From contig CAWJGT010000003.1 in the NCBI GenBank assembly GCA_963842525.1, positions 1,088,001-1,152,000 on the forward strand: a stretch of 64,000 nucleotides of DNA. The letters run 5' to 3'. How positions within the stretch are numbered: position 1 is the first letter of the stretch; every line of letters starts with the position of its first letter. Position numbers and translations under genes: made by a program. The notes beneath the pieces are model-generated. The model searched no databases, was not told the origin of the DNA, and saw nothing but the letters and a program-made list of their open reading frames with translations. This DNA comes from an uncultured Holophagales bacterium (GTDB lineage Bacteria > Acidobacteriota > Thermoanaerobaculia > Multivoradales > UBA5704). Positions 49,514 to 59,135 of this stretch are shown here, piece by piece.

Positions 49514-50814
49514 CGCCTGCCGAGCGCTTCCAGGAGGAAACGCCCGGTCTCGGTCGTCAGGAGCGCCTCGAAGTGGCCCCCGCGAACGCGCCGCGGCGGC
49601 AGGGCAAGGCCGGCCCGTTCCTGGGGCGACAGCCAGTCCTGGCTGGCCAGGGTCGCGTGCTCGTCCCCGCTGGCCGTGGCCAGCGCATAGAGCACCGGAC
49701 GGCGGCGCAGGAACGCATCGCCGGTAAAGAACGTCCGCCAGCGCTCTCCCTGCTGCACCAGCACGGCCCGGTCCGGCGTCGGCTGGTCCGCGCTGCCGAC
49801 GACGTAGACCCGGGTCTCCCCGAAACGAGGCGCATCCGCCCGCAGGAGATCCTGGAACCGCCGTGCCGCGGCGAGGGTGCGGCGGAGGTAGGCGTCCCGT
49901 TCCGCCGTGCCCGCCGCCTCCCCATCGACGGACCAGCCATAGCGGCGCCAGCTCTCGGGATCGAACAGATCGACGTCCAGCGGTCGGCCCTCCGCGTCCA
50001 GGAACAGGTCGCGCCGATAGATCGGGAGATCCTGGAACAGGGCCGGAAACGTGAAGAGCACCTCGGGGAGCAGCCGGCGGCCTACCAACGGGACATAGCG
50101 CCGGCCGCGGTCGAGCTCGCGGAGGATGCGCAGGCTGCCCCCGTTGGAGGCCCCCACGAGGACCAGCCGGCGCACGGACAGAGTCGAAGGAAGACTGCCC
50201 CGGCCCGCCGCGGCCTCCTCCAGAGGGGCTCCTCCGTATTTCGCCAGATAGCGGCACAGGTGGGCACCGCCCGACTGGCACACCAGGTCCACCTCCAGCC
50301 GCTCCCGGCCCTGCACCCGGCGCAGCTCCTCCAACTGCCGGCGCAGGAGGCCGGCGCTCTCCGTCAGGTCCCGCCGCCAGTCGTAATCGAAGAAGAAGAA
50401 CGTCTCTCCCGCCTCTTCCGGACGGGGTGACTCCAGCTCCCCCAGCACGTATCCGGCCCCGGTGAGTAGCCTCTGGATGGGGCCGTAGACCGGCTTGCGG
50501 ATGCCGAAGACGCTGATCTGCTCGATCGGACCTGCGGGCTCGAGGACCGGCAGGCCCGAATCCTGGCTGCCGAGAGGGAGAGCCAGGCCGTAGCCACCGT
50601 CGTGGGGCCGCAGCAGGTTCCGGCCGAGCCCCCAGACCACCTCTCCCGTCCGGGAATCTCGTAGCGCGACCCCCGTGACTCCGGGAACGAAGACCACGGG
50701 AACCGCCGGAGGTCCAACCAGTGGGCGCTCCGGCAGGGTGTGTGGCGCCGACCGCGGGCCGCAGGCGGCCAGCAGGAGGACGAGCGGCAGAGCGGAACGC
50801 CGTACAAGCAACAA
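49510..50814 (-). CDS. Lipoprotein alpha/beta hydrolase (LCAT/PGAP1-like)
   Basis: LLAAC lipobox, PVVFVPG, YDWRRD, CQSGG elbow. Confidence 0.8.
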   Translation of the reverse strand: MLLVRRSALPLVLLLAACGPRSAPHTLPERPLVGPPAVPVVFVPGVTGVALRDSRTGEVVWGLGRNLLRPHDGGYGLALPLGSQDSGLPVLEPAGPIEQISVFGIRKPVYGPIQRLLTGAGYVLGELESPRPEEAGETFFFFDYDWRRDLTESAGLLRRQLEELRRVQGRERLEVDLVCQSGGAHLCRYLAKYGGAPLEEAAAGRGSLPSTLSVRRLVLVGASNGGSLRILRELDRGRRYVPLVGRRLLPEVLFTFPALFQDLPIYRRDLFLDAEGRPLDVDLFDPESWRRYGWSVDGEAAGTAERDAYLRRTLAAARRFQDLLRADAPRFGETRVYVVGSADQPTPDRAVLVQQGERWRTFFTGDAFLRRRPVLYALATASGDEHATLASQDWLSPQERAGLALPPRRVRGGHFEALLTTETGRFLLEALGRR

Positions 50815-50815
50815 G

Positions 50816-51490
50816 CTATTCGGCCGCTTCGAGCAGAGCGCGCATTTCGGGGTTGGTGGCCGCCCCGACCAGGCCCTCCTTGTGCTCGCCGAGCTTGGCT
50901 CCGGACGCGAGCAGGAGCCGGACGACGTCGAGGTGGTTCTCGTTGACCGGTCCGTACAACAGGGGGAAGCCGCCTGGTGCGGCGTTCGGATCGGCGCCTG
51001 CCTTCAGCAGGATCTCGCACATCTCGAGGCGCCCCCTGCGCGCCGCCTCGGCGAGCGGCGGCACTCCGTAGTCGTTGGCCGTCTTGGCATCGGCGCCCGC
51101 TTCGACAAGGGTGCGCACGAACGCGGCATCCCCGGAATCGACCGCTTCGAAGACGATCGACTTGCCGCCTTCCACCGGCGGCGCGTTCTTCTCGTTCGGC
51201 GTGACGCCGCCGGCGAGCAGCGCCTGAAGGACAGCGAGCTGCCGCTGTTCGGTCGCGATCCAGAGCGCCGTGCGATTCGCGCTGTTCCGCACCGAGGGAT
51301 CGATGCCGGCTTCGACGAAGAGCGCCGCATGCTGTGCATCGCCCTCGGCCACTTTCTGCAGGAACGCATCCTGTGTGAATGCGATGCCATCCTTCTCGAG
51401 CGCCTTGCGTGCTCCGGCCTCATCGCTCCGAGCAGGAGGTGCGACCAGGGCCAGCGAAGCAAGCGTCAGCAGGGCAAGGGGCATCTTCAT
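50816..51490 (-). CDS. Secreted ankyrin-repeat protein
   Basis: Signal peptide, ankyrin units, AAGGAG RBS. Confidence 0.85.
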   Translation of the reverse strand: MKMPLALLTLASLALVAPPARSDEAGARKALEKDGIAFTQDAFLQKVAEGDAQHAALFVEAGIDPSVRNSANRTALWIATEQRQLAVLQALLAGGVTPNEKNAPPVEGGKSIVFEAVDSGDAAFVRTLVEAGADAKTANDYGVPPLAEAARRGRLEMCEILLKAGADPNAAPGGFPLLYGPVNENHLDVVRLLLASGAKLGEHKEGLVGAATNPEMRALLEAAE

Positions 51491-51617
51491 CGGATTCTCC
51501 TTAATGCGTAAAGTGGTGCAAGCCGGGCTCGCGTCCGCCAAGTCGATGCAAGCTTACGTCAATTCCTCCGCCTCTGGTGCTAAGCTGAACCCGAGAGAAG
51601 ATCACCGGGGAGGTCTC

Positions 51618-52079
51618 ATGAAGCTGCTTCCAGGCGTGGTAGGGCGTATCCTCGTGGCCTCGTGCGTGAGCGGGCTTGTCCTCGGGCTCGCTGCGCGCGC
51701 GGTGATGCGATTTGTCGCGCTCGAATCGGGGCTGCCCAACGGCTTCTCGATCGGTGGGTCGCTGGAGGTGGTGGCTTTTGGTGCGATCCTCGGGGCCCCG
51801 ATCGCGTTTCTGTTCTTCGCCTTGCGTCGTCGCATCAAGATGGGGCGCCCGTGGCCCGGCGTGATCCTGGGGTCGCTCCTGTTCGGCATCGTGACGGGCG
51901 TGCCGCCGCCCGCGGCGAGATCCGCTCTGACGGCAACGCCGGATACTCCCGCGGCCACAGCGCTTGCCTTCGCGGTAGTGTTTGTTGCCTGGGGCTTGTG
52001 GCTGGAATACTTGGCAAGCCGCGTGCTCGGCGCCGCCGCGCCAGGTGGTCAAAGAGAAGGCACCCCCGTCATAGAGTAG
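51618..52079 (+). CDS. Four-TM hypothetical membrane protein
   Basis: GGAGG RBS, hydrophobic helices. Confidence 0.75.
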   Translation: MKLLPGVVGRILVASCVSGLVLGLAARAVMRFVALESGLPNGFSIGGSLEVVAFGAILGAPIAFLFFALRRRIKMGRPWPGVILGSLLFGIVTGVPPPAARSALTATPDTPAATALAFAVVFVAWGLWLEYLASRVLGAAAPGGQREGTPVIE

Positions 52080-52082
52080 AAG

Positions 52083-52487
52083 TCATGCCTGCATGATGTG
52101 CTGCGCAATGATTTCAAAGAGTGTCCGGGCATCCTTGTTTCCCCGCGTCAGCACGAAACTGATGATCTGCCCTCCCTGGAGCCGAAGGATGATTTTTTTG
52201 TTGACCATGCCGGAGATCGTGGCAGAATCGAGCGAATTCAGGCTGAAGATGCCCACCATCCCCATGCAGATGACGAGATAGTCTTCAGTGATGGCAATGC
52301 CCTTGGCCCCAGAGGATTTTTCGGCAAAGAACAGAAGCACGTCATGGGTGGCCAGGTTTATTTCGAGCTCTCTGTTGGCACATTTCAAGAATGTTGTGAT
52401 CTTGTTGGCGTCCATAAAGGGCTTTACGTAAAGGCATTGACCCTTGCGGATACTGTGCTGATCTATGATGTCCGCGATCAAGCTCAT
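52083..52487 (-). CDS. Hypothetical protein (lower GC, PH-like beta pattern)
   Basis: GGAG RBS, 134 aa. Confidence 0.65.
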   Translation of the reverse strand: MSLIADIIDQHSIRKGQCLYVKPFMDANKITTFLKCANRELEINLATHDVLLFFAEKSSGAKGIAITEDYLVICMGMVGIFSLNSLDSATISGMVNKKIILRLQGGQIISFVLTRGNKDARTLFEIIAQHIMQA

Positions 52488-52541
52488 CTCCAGCCCTCCA
52501 GGACGTTGGAATTGTAGCAGCCCGCTGATAGACTGCGCGAT

Positions 52542-52880
52542 ATGCTCCGTTCCACCGTCCTGCTCGCGGTTGCCGCAGCGCTCGCCGGCTGGGGTCGCCT
52601 GGCCGCGCAGTCCCCATCCGCTGCCGGTCTCGAGGCTCCGGATCTCACTCTGCCCGCGCTACGGTTGCCCGCCGGCGTGCGCCCGACCCGGTGGCCGCCG
52701 GCGCGAACTGGGCGGCTTTCAGGACGCCAAGCTCGCCCGCGCCCTCGCGCTCCTCCTCGACCCGAAGATCGACCTCCGCGACTCGGGCGGCCTCTTGCGG
52801 ACGGCAATGGAACGCCGCGAGACCCGCGAGCAGGCCTGGGACTTCTACAAGCAGCACTTCGCCGAGCTGGCCGCCGATGC
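52542..52880 (+). pseudogene. M1 aminopeptidase remnant (both ends kept, catalytic core deleted)
   Basis: Signal peptide and LRLPAGVRPTR, then out-of-frame ERAP1_C-like LGGFQDAKL...ETREQAWDFYKQHF; no GAMEN or HExxH. Confidence 0.65.
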
Positions 52881-53017
52881 AAGCTGCGTCGCCTCGCCGC
52901 TGCTCCGCAGAGGCGATTTAAGCTTGCGCCGAGGGACCGCCCGCTGTGCTCGGAAGCCTGCAGGGAGGCCAGTGAAGAATAACGATGACTAAGGATGACT
53001 AAGGAGGAGATTTCACC

Positions 53018-53614
53018 ATGGCCGACAGCGATTTGACGATCTACAACCCACAACAGATCACGGTGGCGGCGGAGATTTACTTGCCCAGCCAGGGAGTCCA
53101 GGGCAAGACCCTCGACGCCGGGGCGACATGGGTGATCTCCGACGGCGTCACCTCAGGGCAGTGGGTCGCCTTCTACAACCCGGAAACCGGCGAGCAACTG
53201 GCTGCGGCCCTGCTGCCGGACAATTCCACGATCGCCCAGTTGCTCCTGGAGGTAGGAATCGAGGGCCTTCTGCGCATGAATGCCCAGGAGCCCCTCACGG
53301 CGGCGAACGGGCTCGGCTCGGAGGTGACCGTCCGTGTCCAGGACGTGGGGGCTGCGACGGCACAGATCAAGAAGCTCGCCCCCAAGGGCCAGCAGGGGAG
53401 CAGCGCGAATTTCCGCTTCGCCGAGAAGGGTCAATGGCTGGGGTTTTACAATGACGACGACACCTATATCACCGGCACCCCGGCAGGCAGCTTCTCGATG
53501 GTGACTCTCGTCGCCCCGAGGCAACGCTTCGTGATCGGCAATCCGTACTCGGTCGGTGCCGATGTCGTCCCGGAAGGGTCGGTCCGTCTTACGCTACCGC
53601 CGATCACCGCGTGA
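53018..53614 (+). CDS. Hypothetical protein with an internal two-fold repeat
   Basis: AAGGAGGAG RBS; LTIYN...GQWVAFYN and LTAAN...GQWLGFYN. Confidence 0.75.
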   Translation: MADSDLTIYNPQQITVAAEIYLPSQGVQGKTLDAGATWVISDGVTSGQWVAFYNPETGEQLAAALLPDNSTIAQLLLEVGIEGLLRMNAQEPLTAANGLGSEVTVRVQDVGAATAQIKKLAPKGQQGSSANFRFAEKGQWLGFYNDDDTYITGTPAGSFSMVTLVAPRQRFVIGNPYSVGADVVPEGSVRLTLPPITA

Positions 53615-53691
53615 GGCGAAGCGTACTGCGGCTGCCACGGCGCGCCACAGCGCGGCCCTGCGCACCTGTCCTGTAGCAACCTGTCTGTACA

Positions 53692-53901
53692 GCCCTCAGA
53701 CGTCTCCAAGCTGCCCCTGAAGGCCGCCTGCTTGCCCCCAGGGGCAATGTGCCGGCCCTCAGGGGCAAGGTGCTCGCCCCTGAGGGCGACGGGTCTGCCC
53801 TTGAGGTCCACGTGCTCGCTCCTGACGGCAAGGCGCTTGCCCCTGAGGGCCGCGCTCCGAGCCTTGAGGGCCATGCGGAGGCCCCTGGGGGCAAGGGACG
53901 G
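53692..53901. repeat. Ten tandem 21-bp units with a GCCCCTGAGGGC core
   Basis: Units start at 53692, 53713, 53734 ... 53881. Confidence 0.85.
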
Positions 53902-54101
53902 CCGCCGGGGCGCCGCTCAGTGCCCATCACCCTCCGTCGTAATCCACGGCGCGATGAAGAAGAGGCGCGCCGATCTCCCCCTCCTCGGAAGCATCATGCT
54001 ATGGTCTCCCCGCAGCTCGACAGCCATCCAGGAATCGTAGGCCACCGCGTGAGCTCATCTGGCGCAGGATTTCCAAAGACCCTCTGAAGGAAGAGATCTC
54101 A

Positions 54102-54947
54102 ATGCTCACGATGGCTGTGTGGTTCTCCGCCATGACTCTGGCCGGCCTCGCGCCGGCCGCGCCTCCGGACCTTCACCGGACCGATTTCCGCAACTTCACC
54201 TATCAGCCGTCCTGCGCCGACTTCGAGTCGGCTGAAGCCAAGGTCCCCGTTCGAGTGGAGGCCGGCCGGTTCTACGGCAAGGAGGGGACGCCGACCGAGG
54301 GCGTCTTTTTCGAGGTCCAGGAGATCCTTTACGGCGACCTGACCGGAGACGGTAAAGACGAGGCCGTGGTGAGAACGCTCTGCAACACGGGCGGCACGGG
54401 ACAGTTCAACGAAGGGTTCGTCTACGGGATGCGCGACGGCAAGCCGGCCTTGTTGGGGAGGGTCCCCGGGGGAGACCGGGCCTCGGGCGGCGTGCGCTGC
54501 CTCCGCGTCGAGAACGGAGCGTTGACGGTCGAGCGGTTGGGCAACGACACCGGCGCAGCCCAGGGCGTCGACTGGATCGACAGCGAGACCTGGCGGCTCC
54601 GCAACGGCCGCCTGGAGGAAGCGGGCAAGGCGGTCCGGCGGCGGCTGGGGACCGGAGAAGGCGCCAAGCCGATCCGCTTCGCCAAGGGGAAGACCTCTGC
54701 GGTGGTCAAGGGAAAGATCAGCGGGACCGACGAGTATGTCCTGGGCGCCCGCGAGGGGCAGACGATGACTCTCAAAATATCCTCCCCGGCTGGCAACGCC
54801 GCCTTCGAAATCATGATCGACGACTACACCGTGGCCTGCCGCGGAACCGAGTGGACCGGCGAGCTACCGGCAAGCGGTAACTACCGCGTCTTGGTCCTCG
54901 CCACCCGCGGGACGGTCGAGTATGCGCTGGAGGTGTCGATCCGATAG
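54102..54947 (+). CDS. Secreted protein with C-terminal PPC-like domain
   Basis: Signal peptide, YGDLTGDGKDEA, CNTGGTG, YVLGAREGQTM...GELPASGNY. Confidence 0.8.
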   Translation: MLTMAVWFSAMTLAGLAPAAPPDLHRTDFRNFTYQPSCADFESAEAKVPVRVEAGRFYGKEGTPTEGVFFEVQEILYGDLTGDGKDEAVVRTLCNTGGTGQFNEGFVYGMRDGKPALLGRVPGGDRASGGVRCLRVENGALTVERLGNDTGAAQGVDWIDSETWRLRNGRLEEAGKAVRRRLGTGEGAKPIRFAKGKTSAVVKGKISGTDEYVLGAREGQTMTLKISSPAGNAAFEIMIDDYTVACRGTEWTGELPASGNYRVLVLATRGTVEYALEVSIR

Positions 54948-54964
54948 TGCACCGATCATGACCC

Positions 54965-56524
54965 TCAGTGCCCCTCCCCCTCCGTCGTGATCCACGGCGC
55001 GATCAGGAAGAGGCCCGCCATCGCTGCATAGCCGGCCACCCAGGGCCAGGCCGGGGTGAGCGAGACCACGGTGTCGGCCGGCGTCCACTGATAGGAATGC
55101 ATCAGGCCGAGCGCGGAGAGCACGGCTGCCGCGGCGCACCATAAGGCCGCGATGCGGAAGCGGCGTTCGAGGATGCCGACGGTCGCCGCGGCGAGGATCA
55201 TCGCGCTGAAGATGAAGCCCTGCTCCAGCGCGAAGGCGCCGTGGATCCAGGTGTCGGAGGCGAGAAGGGCCTGGACGAGCCCCTCTGAAAAGGGCGGTCC
55301 ACCTGGGAGGCCCACTCCAGCGGCGCGCAGACCGTTTTTCGCCATCAATGCTCCCCAGGCGGCGACGCCCGGCAGCAGGCCCACGACGACGGCGGGCGCG
55401 TGCTCGCGCGGCGTGGCCTGAAAGGCCTGTGCGGTAATCACAATGCCGATCCACAGCACGATCGCCATGCCGGCGTCGATCGGTATCGCCCAGGCAATGA
55501 CGGCGAGCGTTCCGGTGAGGCCGACCACGGCGAAGAAGAGCGCATTGAGGACTGAATAGCCGGCGCGCGCGCCGAGCGCCTTCCAGCCCGGATGGCCGAT
55601 GTAGATCGTGGTGGGGAAGCAGGAGCCGAAGAGCGCGGCGGCGAGCGTGCCAATCCCGTTGACCGCCATCGAGGGCCGGGTCGGATAGCTGTCGCCAGCG
55701 GCCTCGGCCGACTCGATGTTCTGGAACGAGCCGACCACATTGAAGAGGCCCATCGGCAGGATGACGGAGATGTAGGTCAGCCAGTGCGTGCTGGTGAGCG
55801 CCGCGAGGAGATCGTCCAGCACCGGCACGGGCGGGTAGAAGCCGGCCCACGTCTCTGGTGCCGCTCCCACCGGGGCGACGCCGGTGAGCCAGGCGATCAA
55901 GGTGCCGAGCGCCACCGCCACCAGGCCTCCAGGGAGCCCGCCGCGAAAGCGTACCCGGCCGAAATAGGTGAGCAGGACCACAGCCAGCGTGGTGAGCCCG
56001 ATCACCGGCCGTGCGAAGGTGCGGAAGAGAAAGCCGATCGAGATGAAGGTGAGGGCGATGCCGGCGAGGGTCGACAGCAGTGCCGCCCGCGGCGTCGCAC
56101 GGCGTACCCGTTCAGCCACGAAGGCGCCGGCGAGCTCGATCAGCCCGGAGCCGACGCAGGCGACGAGCCCGGCCTGCCACGCTACCCGCACCGGGTCCTC
56201 CGCACCGGCCGCCTGCGCGGCCAGCTTCGCAGGCAGCATGACGAGGAACACGTAGGCGAAGAGCGAGACCGTGTTGATCCCATAGGGCAGCGCACAGACG
56301 TCCGTCCGTCCCGTGGCCCGCCCCAGACGGACCGCCTGCCACGAGTAGAACAGGTTGCCCACCACCAGAGACACGACCGCGCCGGGGAGGACCCGGCCGT
56401 AGATCAGCTCGTTGGGGAAGCCGAGCACCGTCCGGCACAAAACGTCGATGAGCAGAAGCTGGACGAGGTTGTCGAGAGCCAGCCCGAAGAACCCGTCGAT
56501 GTCGCCGCGGACCATCCAACGCAT
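54965..56524 (-). CDS. NCS2 family permease
   Basis: GDIDGFFGLALDNL, ALPYGINT, FPTTIYIGHPGWKALGAR. Confidence 0.9.
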   Translation of the reverse strand: MRWMVRGDIDGFFGLALDNLVQLLLIDVLCRTVLGFPNELIYGRVLPGAVVSLVVGNLFYSWQAVRLGRATGRTDVCALPYGINTVSLFAYVFLVMLPAKLAAQAAGAEDPVRVAWQAGLVACVGSGLIELAGAFVAERVRRATPRAALLSTLAGIALTFISIGFLFRTFARPVIGLTTLAVVLLTYFGRVRFRGGLPGGLVAVALGTLIAWLTGVAPVGAAPETWAGFYPPVPVLDDLLAALTSTHWLTYISVILPMGLFNVVGSFQNIESAEAAGDSYPTRPSMAVNGIGTLAAALFGSCFPTTIYIGHPGWKALGARAGYSVLNALFFAVVGLTGTLAVIAWAIPIDAGMAIVLWIGIVITAQAFQATPREHAPAVVVGLLPGVAAWGALMAKNGLRAAGVGLPGGPPFSEGLVQALLASDTWIHGAFALEQGFIFSAMILAAATVGILERRFRIAALWCAAAAVLSALGLMHSYQWTPADTVVSLTPAWPWVAGYAAMAGLFLIAPWITTEGEGH

Positions 56525-56623
56525 AGGAAACCTCCTCCCGGATTGGCGACGGGAGCGTATCGTAGAAGGGAGATCGGGAGTAGGCGTCGAGTTGGGGCTC
56601 GGTCTGAGCGGCGCGCCTGGCCG

Positions 56624-58219
56624 TCAGGGCGCTACATCCGCTTCGGCCGTGGTGATCTTGCTGCTCAACGGATCGAACAATGCCACGATGAGGTGTTGCG
56701 CGATCCGCCGCAGCTTGAGCCGGGCGTCGTACCGGACGTGGCCGCCTCCCCGGGGCGGTGCGCTGTCGAACGTGAAATGGAGCGGAATCACCGGAATCTC
56801 GGAGCGGTCGCCGCGGTCGTCCAGCGCCGCGACCCGCAGCTCCAGGTCGGCGACATAGCGGCCGCCGCCCACCGGCAGCACCGTGATCGAAGTCAGCGGA
56901 ATGGTCAGGCTCACAGGGACCTCCATCTCCTTGCGCCCCGCGCGCTTCGTCGCGCCGACCTCCATGGGCATGGAGGCCGTGTTTCCGCCGCCGAAGAGCA
57001 GGGAATGCTCCAGCATCATGGAGATTTCGCTGCGCCGCGACAGGTCGAGGAAGCCTGCGCGCGACCGCACCGTCAGGCCCGGGCGCAGCACCTCCACCTT
57101 GATGCGATGGCGCAGGTCGTTCTCCCGCCATGAGGGGGTGAAGCCGAGCCAGTAGTACGACCGCGTGTCGGCATGGGCTGTCCCCAGCGCTGCCAGGCGC
57201 GACTCGTTGAGCAGCGGCCGCCCGCCGGTTCCGGCGGCGATGGAGGTCAGGGCGGAGTGGATCTCCTCCTCGCGGTGCTCAACCTGCCCGGTGGAGGTGA
57301 AGGCGTCGGCGCCTACCGCTTCCCACCCGGGCACGTCCACCGGATAGATCGTGTAACCCAGCCGGTTGGCGGTGTCAGTCAGCGGCCCATAGAGATCGTT
57401 GTTCCAGGGCAGACGAGAGTCGTAGACAGGACCCAAGACATTGCCGGCATAGGCAGCAGGGGAGTCCGGCCAGCCACCGGCCAGCAGTAGGAGGACCTTG
57501 CGGCCAGGCGCCTTGGCGAAGGCGCGCAGCGTGGACACCGCGGCCATCACAGCGCGCTCGATCCGGTCGGTCAACTGCCTCGCATAGGCGACCTGGTCCA
57601 GGTCCAGCCCCGGGCCGCCTTCCGAGGCAAGGCGGCGGGAGGACTCCATGCTGCCCAGCTCCGCTTTGCGGTCGATGCCGTAAGCCCGCTGGGCCATGGC
57701 CTTGTCGATGGCTCGCGCCAGCCCCTCGGCCGAACCCGTCCAGGGGCCAAAGCTCTCCAGCCGCCGTCCGTCGTAGGCGACGAGGGTCATCCGGTCCTCC
57801 GGTCCCAGCCGGGTGACATCGGCCTTGAGGGCGCGCAGCACCTCATCGCGGCGAGCGCGCAGCGAGAACAGGTTGTCGATGAACACCAGATAGCTGGTGC
57901 CTACCGGGCCTTCCCCGACGAGGCTTGGAACGCCTGCCGGCTCCGGAGCGTTGGCGGTGGACGCGACGGCCTGGCCTTCTCTCACCTCGGTGAAGTACTC
58001 GATCGGCACCTCCCTGTCCGCGACGAACAGGCGGAAGTCACCGCGCCCCAGCCCCGGCACCCTGCCGCCCTCCCTGTCGGTGACGACGACCTCGAGGTTG
58101 ACCACCCGTACGTCGATCACCTCGCCGAAGGTGCTCACCTGTTGTGGATCTCCGCTGGGAACCTGTTCGGCGAAAGCGGGGAGAGCTGCGGCAAGCAACA
58201 GAGCAGTCAAGGTCTTCAT
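56624..58219 (-). CDS. VWA-domain protein (acidobacterial VWFA type)
   Basis: FGEVIDVRVVNLEVVVTD, GRKVLLL, TGG, YYWLGF. Confidence 0.9.
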   Translation of the reverse strand: MKTLTALLLAAALPAFAEQVPSGDPQQVSTFGEVIDVRVVNLEVVVTDREGGRVPGLGRGDFRLFVADREVPIEYFTEVREGQAVASTANAPEPAGVPSLVGEGPVGTSYLVFIDNLFSLRARRDEVLRALKADVTRLGPEDRMTLVAYDGRRLESFGPWTGSAEGLARAIDKAMAQRAYGIDRKAELGSMESSRRLASEGGPGLDLDQVAYARQLTDRIERAVMAAVSTLRAFAKAPGRKVLLLLAGGWPDSPAAYAGNVLGPVYDSRLPWNNDLYGPLTDTANRLGYTIYPVDVPGWEAVGADAFTSTGQVEHREEEIHSALTSIAAGTGGRPLLNESRLAALGTAHADTRSYYWLGFTPSWRENDLRHRIKVEVLRPGLTVRSRAGFLDLSRRSEISMMLEHSLLFGGGNTASMPMEVGATKRAGRKEMEVPVSLTIPLTSITVLPVGGGRYVADLELRVAALDDRGDRSEIPVIPLHFTFDSAPPRGGGHVRYDARLKLRRIAQHLIVALFDPLSSKITTAEADVAP

Positions 58220-58419
58220 ATGGCTCCTCTCTTCAGGGAGACCGGCGCAGGTACCACCTTGGTAAGGCCCTCTACGAGAAAATGCGGAACAGCCCAGAAG
58301 CATTTCGCGCCACCGGAACGGTCGGGGCGATGGGCGGGGGCGAACCCACTGCCCGCTCGCCCGGCCCAGGGTTCATACCCTGCGCTACCGAATGGCGCCT
58401 TCCGGGGTGGTGGGGGGGC

Positions 58420-58531
58420 CCTGGGACCGCGGGCGTCCCGCCCGCACGGACTTTCAGCGACCGCGGCGTTGCCGCCAACTCAACGCAGGTCCGAGCGTGG
58501 GGAGGGCGGGCGGGACGCCCGCGGTCCCAGG
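58420..58531. repeat. REP-like hairpin (family B)
   Basis: 26-bp inverted arms CCTGGGACCGCGGGCGTCCCGCCCGC / GCGGGCGGGACGCCCGCGGTCCCAGG. Confidence 0.85.
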
Positions 58532-58568
58532 AAGAAACTGGTCGTCCAGAGATTTTCGAGACCCCCTC

Positions 58569-59135
58569 TTAGCCGGCTGGGTTGGTGTGACGACCTCGGC
58601 GGCTCTTTGCGCGTTTCAGCCGAACCGATTTCGGCAAGACAGATCGAGGCTCGCACGTCCCGCGGAGGATTCTCAGAATCTCCCCTGCGATGGCCGCGAG
58701 CTCCGCGTCAATGCCGTTTCCACGCCGGGCTCCAAGAGGCCTGCGGTCCCGTGGCCGCATGTTGAGGCGAGCGAGCCAAGGGACCTCTTCCCAGCAGCAA
58801 TCGCCCACGAGGATCGGAAAAACGCGCAACCCTTCGCTATCCCCGCGGTAGAGCAACCGGGGAACCTCTTCATGCCGGATGAATTCCGAGTTGAGAAAAT
58901 CGACAGAAATCAGCAGAACGGCGACGGCTGCCAAGTCAATGGCTCGACAGATCTCGGCAAACCAATCACTACCGGCGGAAATGTTACCATCAGCCCATAC
59001 CTCAAGAATCTCTTGTCCTTGAAGAACGCTGAGATGTTTTACCAATCGATTCTTCAGCTTCTCGTCGTGATGCGAGAAGCTGATAAAAACGATCCTCTTT
59101 CGTTGAGTCGTCTTGGGAGCACGACCGCTGGGCAT
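58569..59135 (-). CDS. Stand-alone TIR domain protein
   Basis: VFISFSHHD, VWADGNISAGSDW, FLNSEFIRHEEVP. Confidence 0.85.
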   Translation of the reverse strand: MPSGRAPKTTQRKRIVFISFSHHDEKLKNRLVKHLSVLQGQEILEVWADGNISAGSDWFAEICRAIDLAAVAVLLISVDFLNSEFIRHEEVPRLLYRGDSEGLRVFPILVGDCCWEEVPWLARLNMRPRDRRPLGARRGNGIDAELAAIAGEILRILRGTCEPRSVLPKSVRLKRAKSRRGRHTNPAG

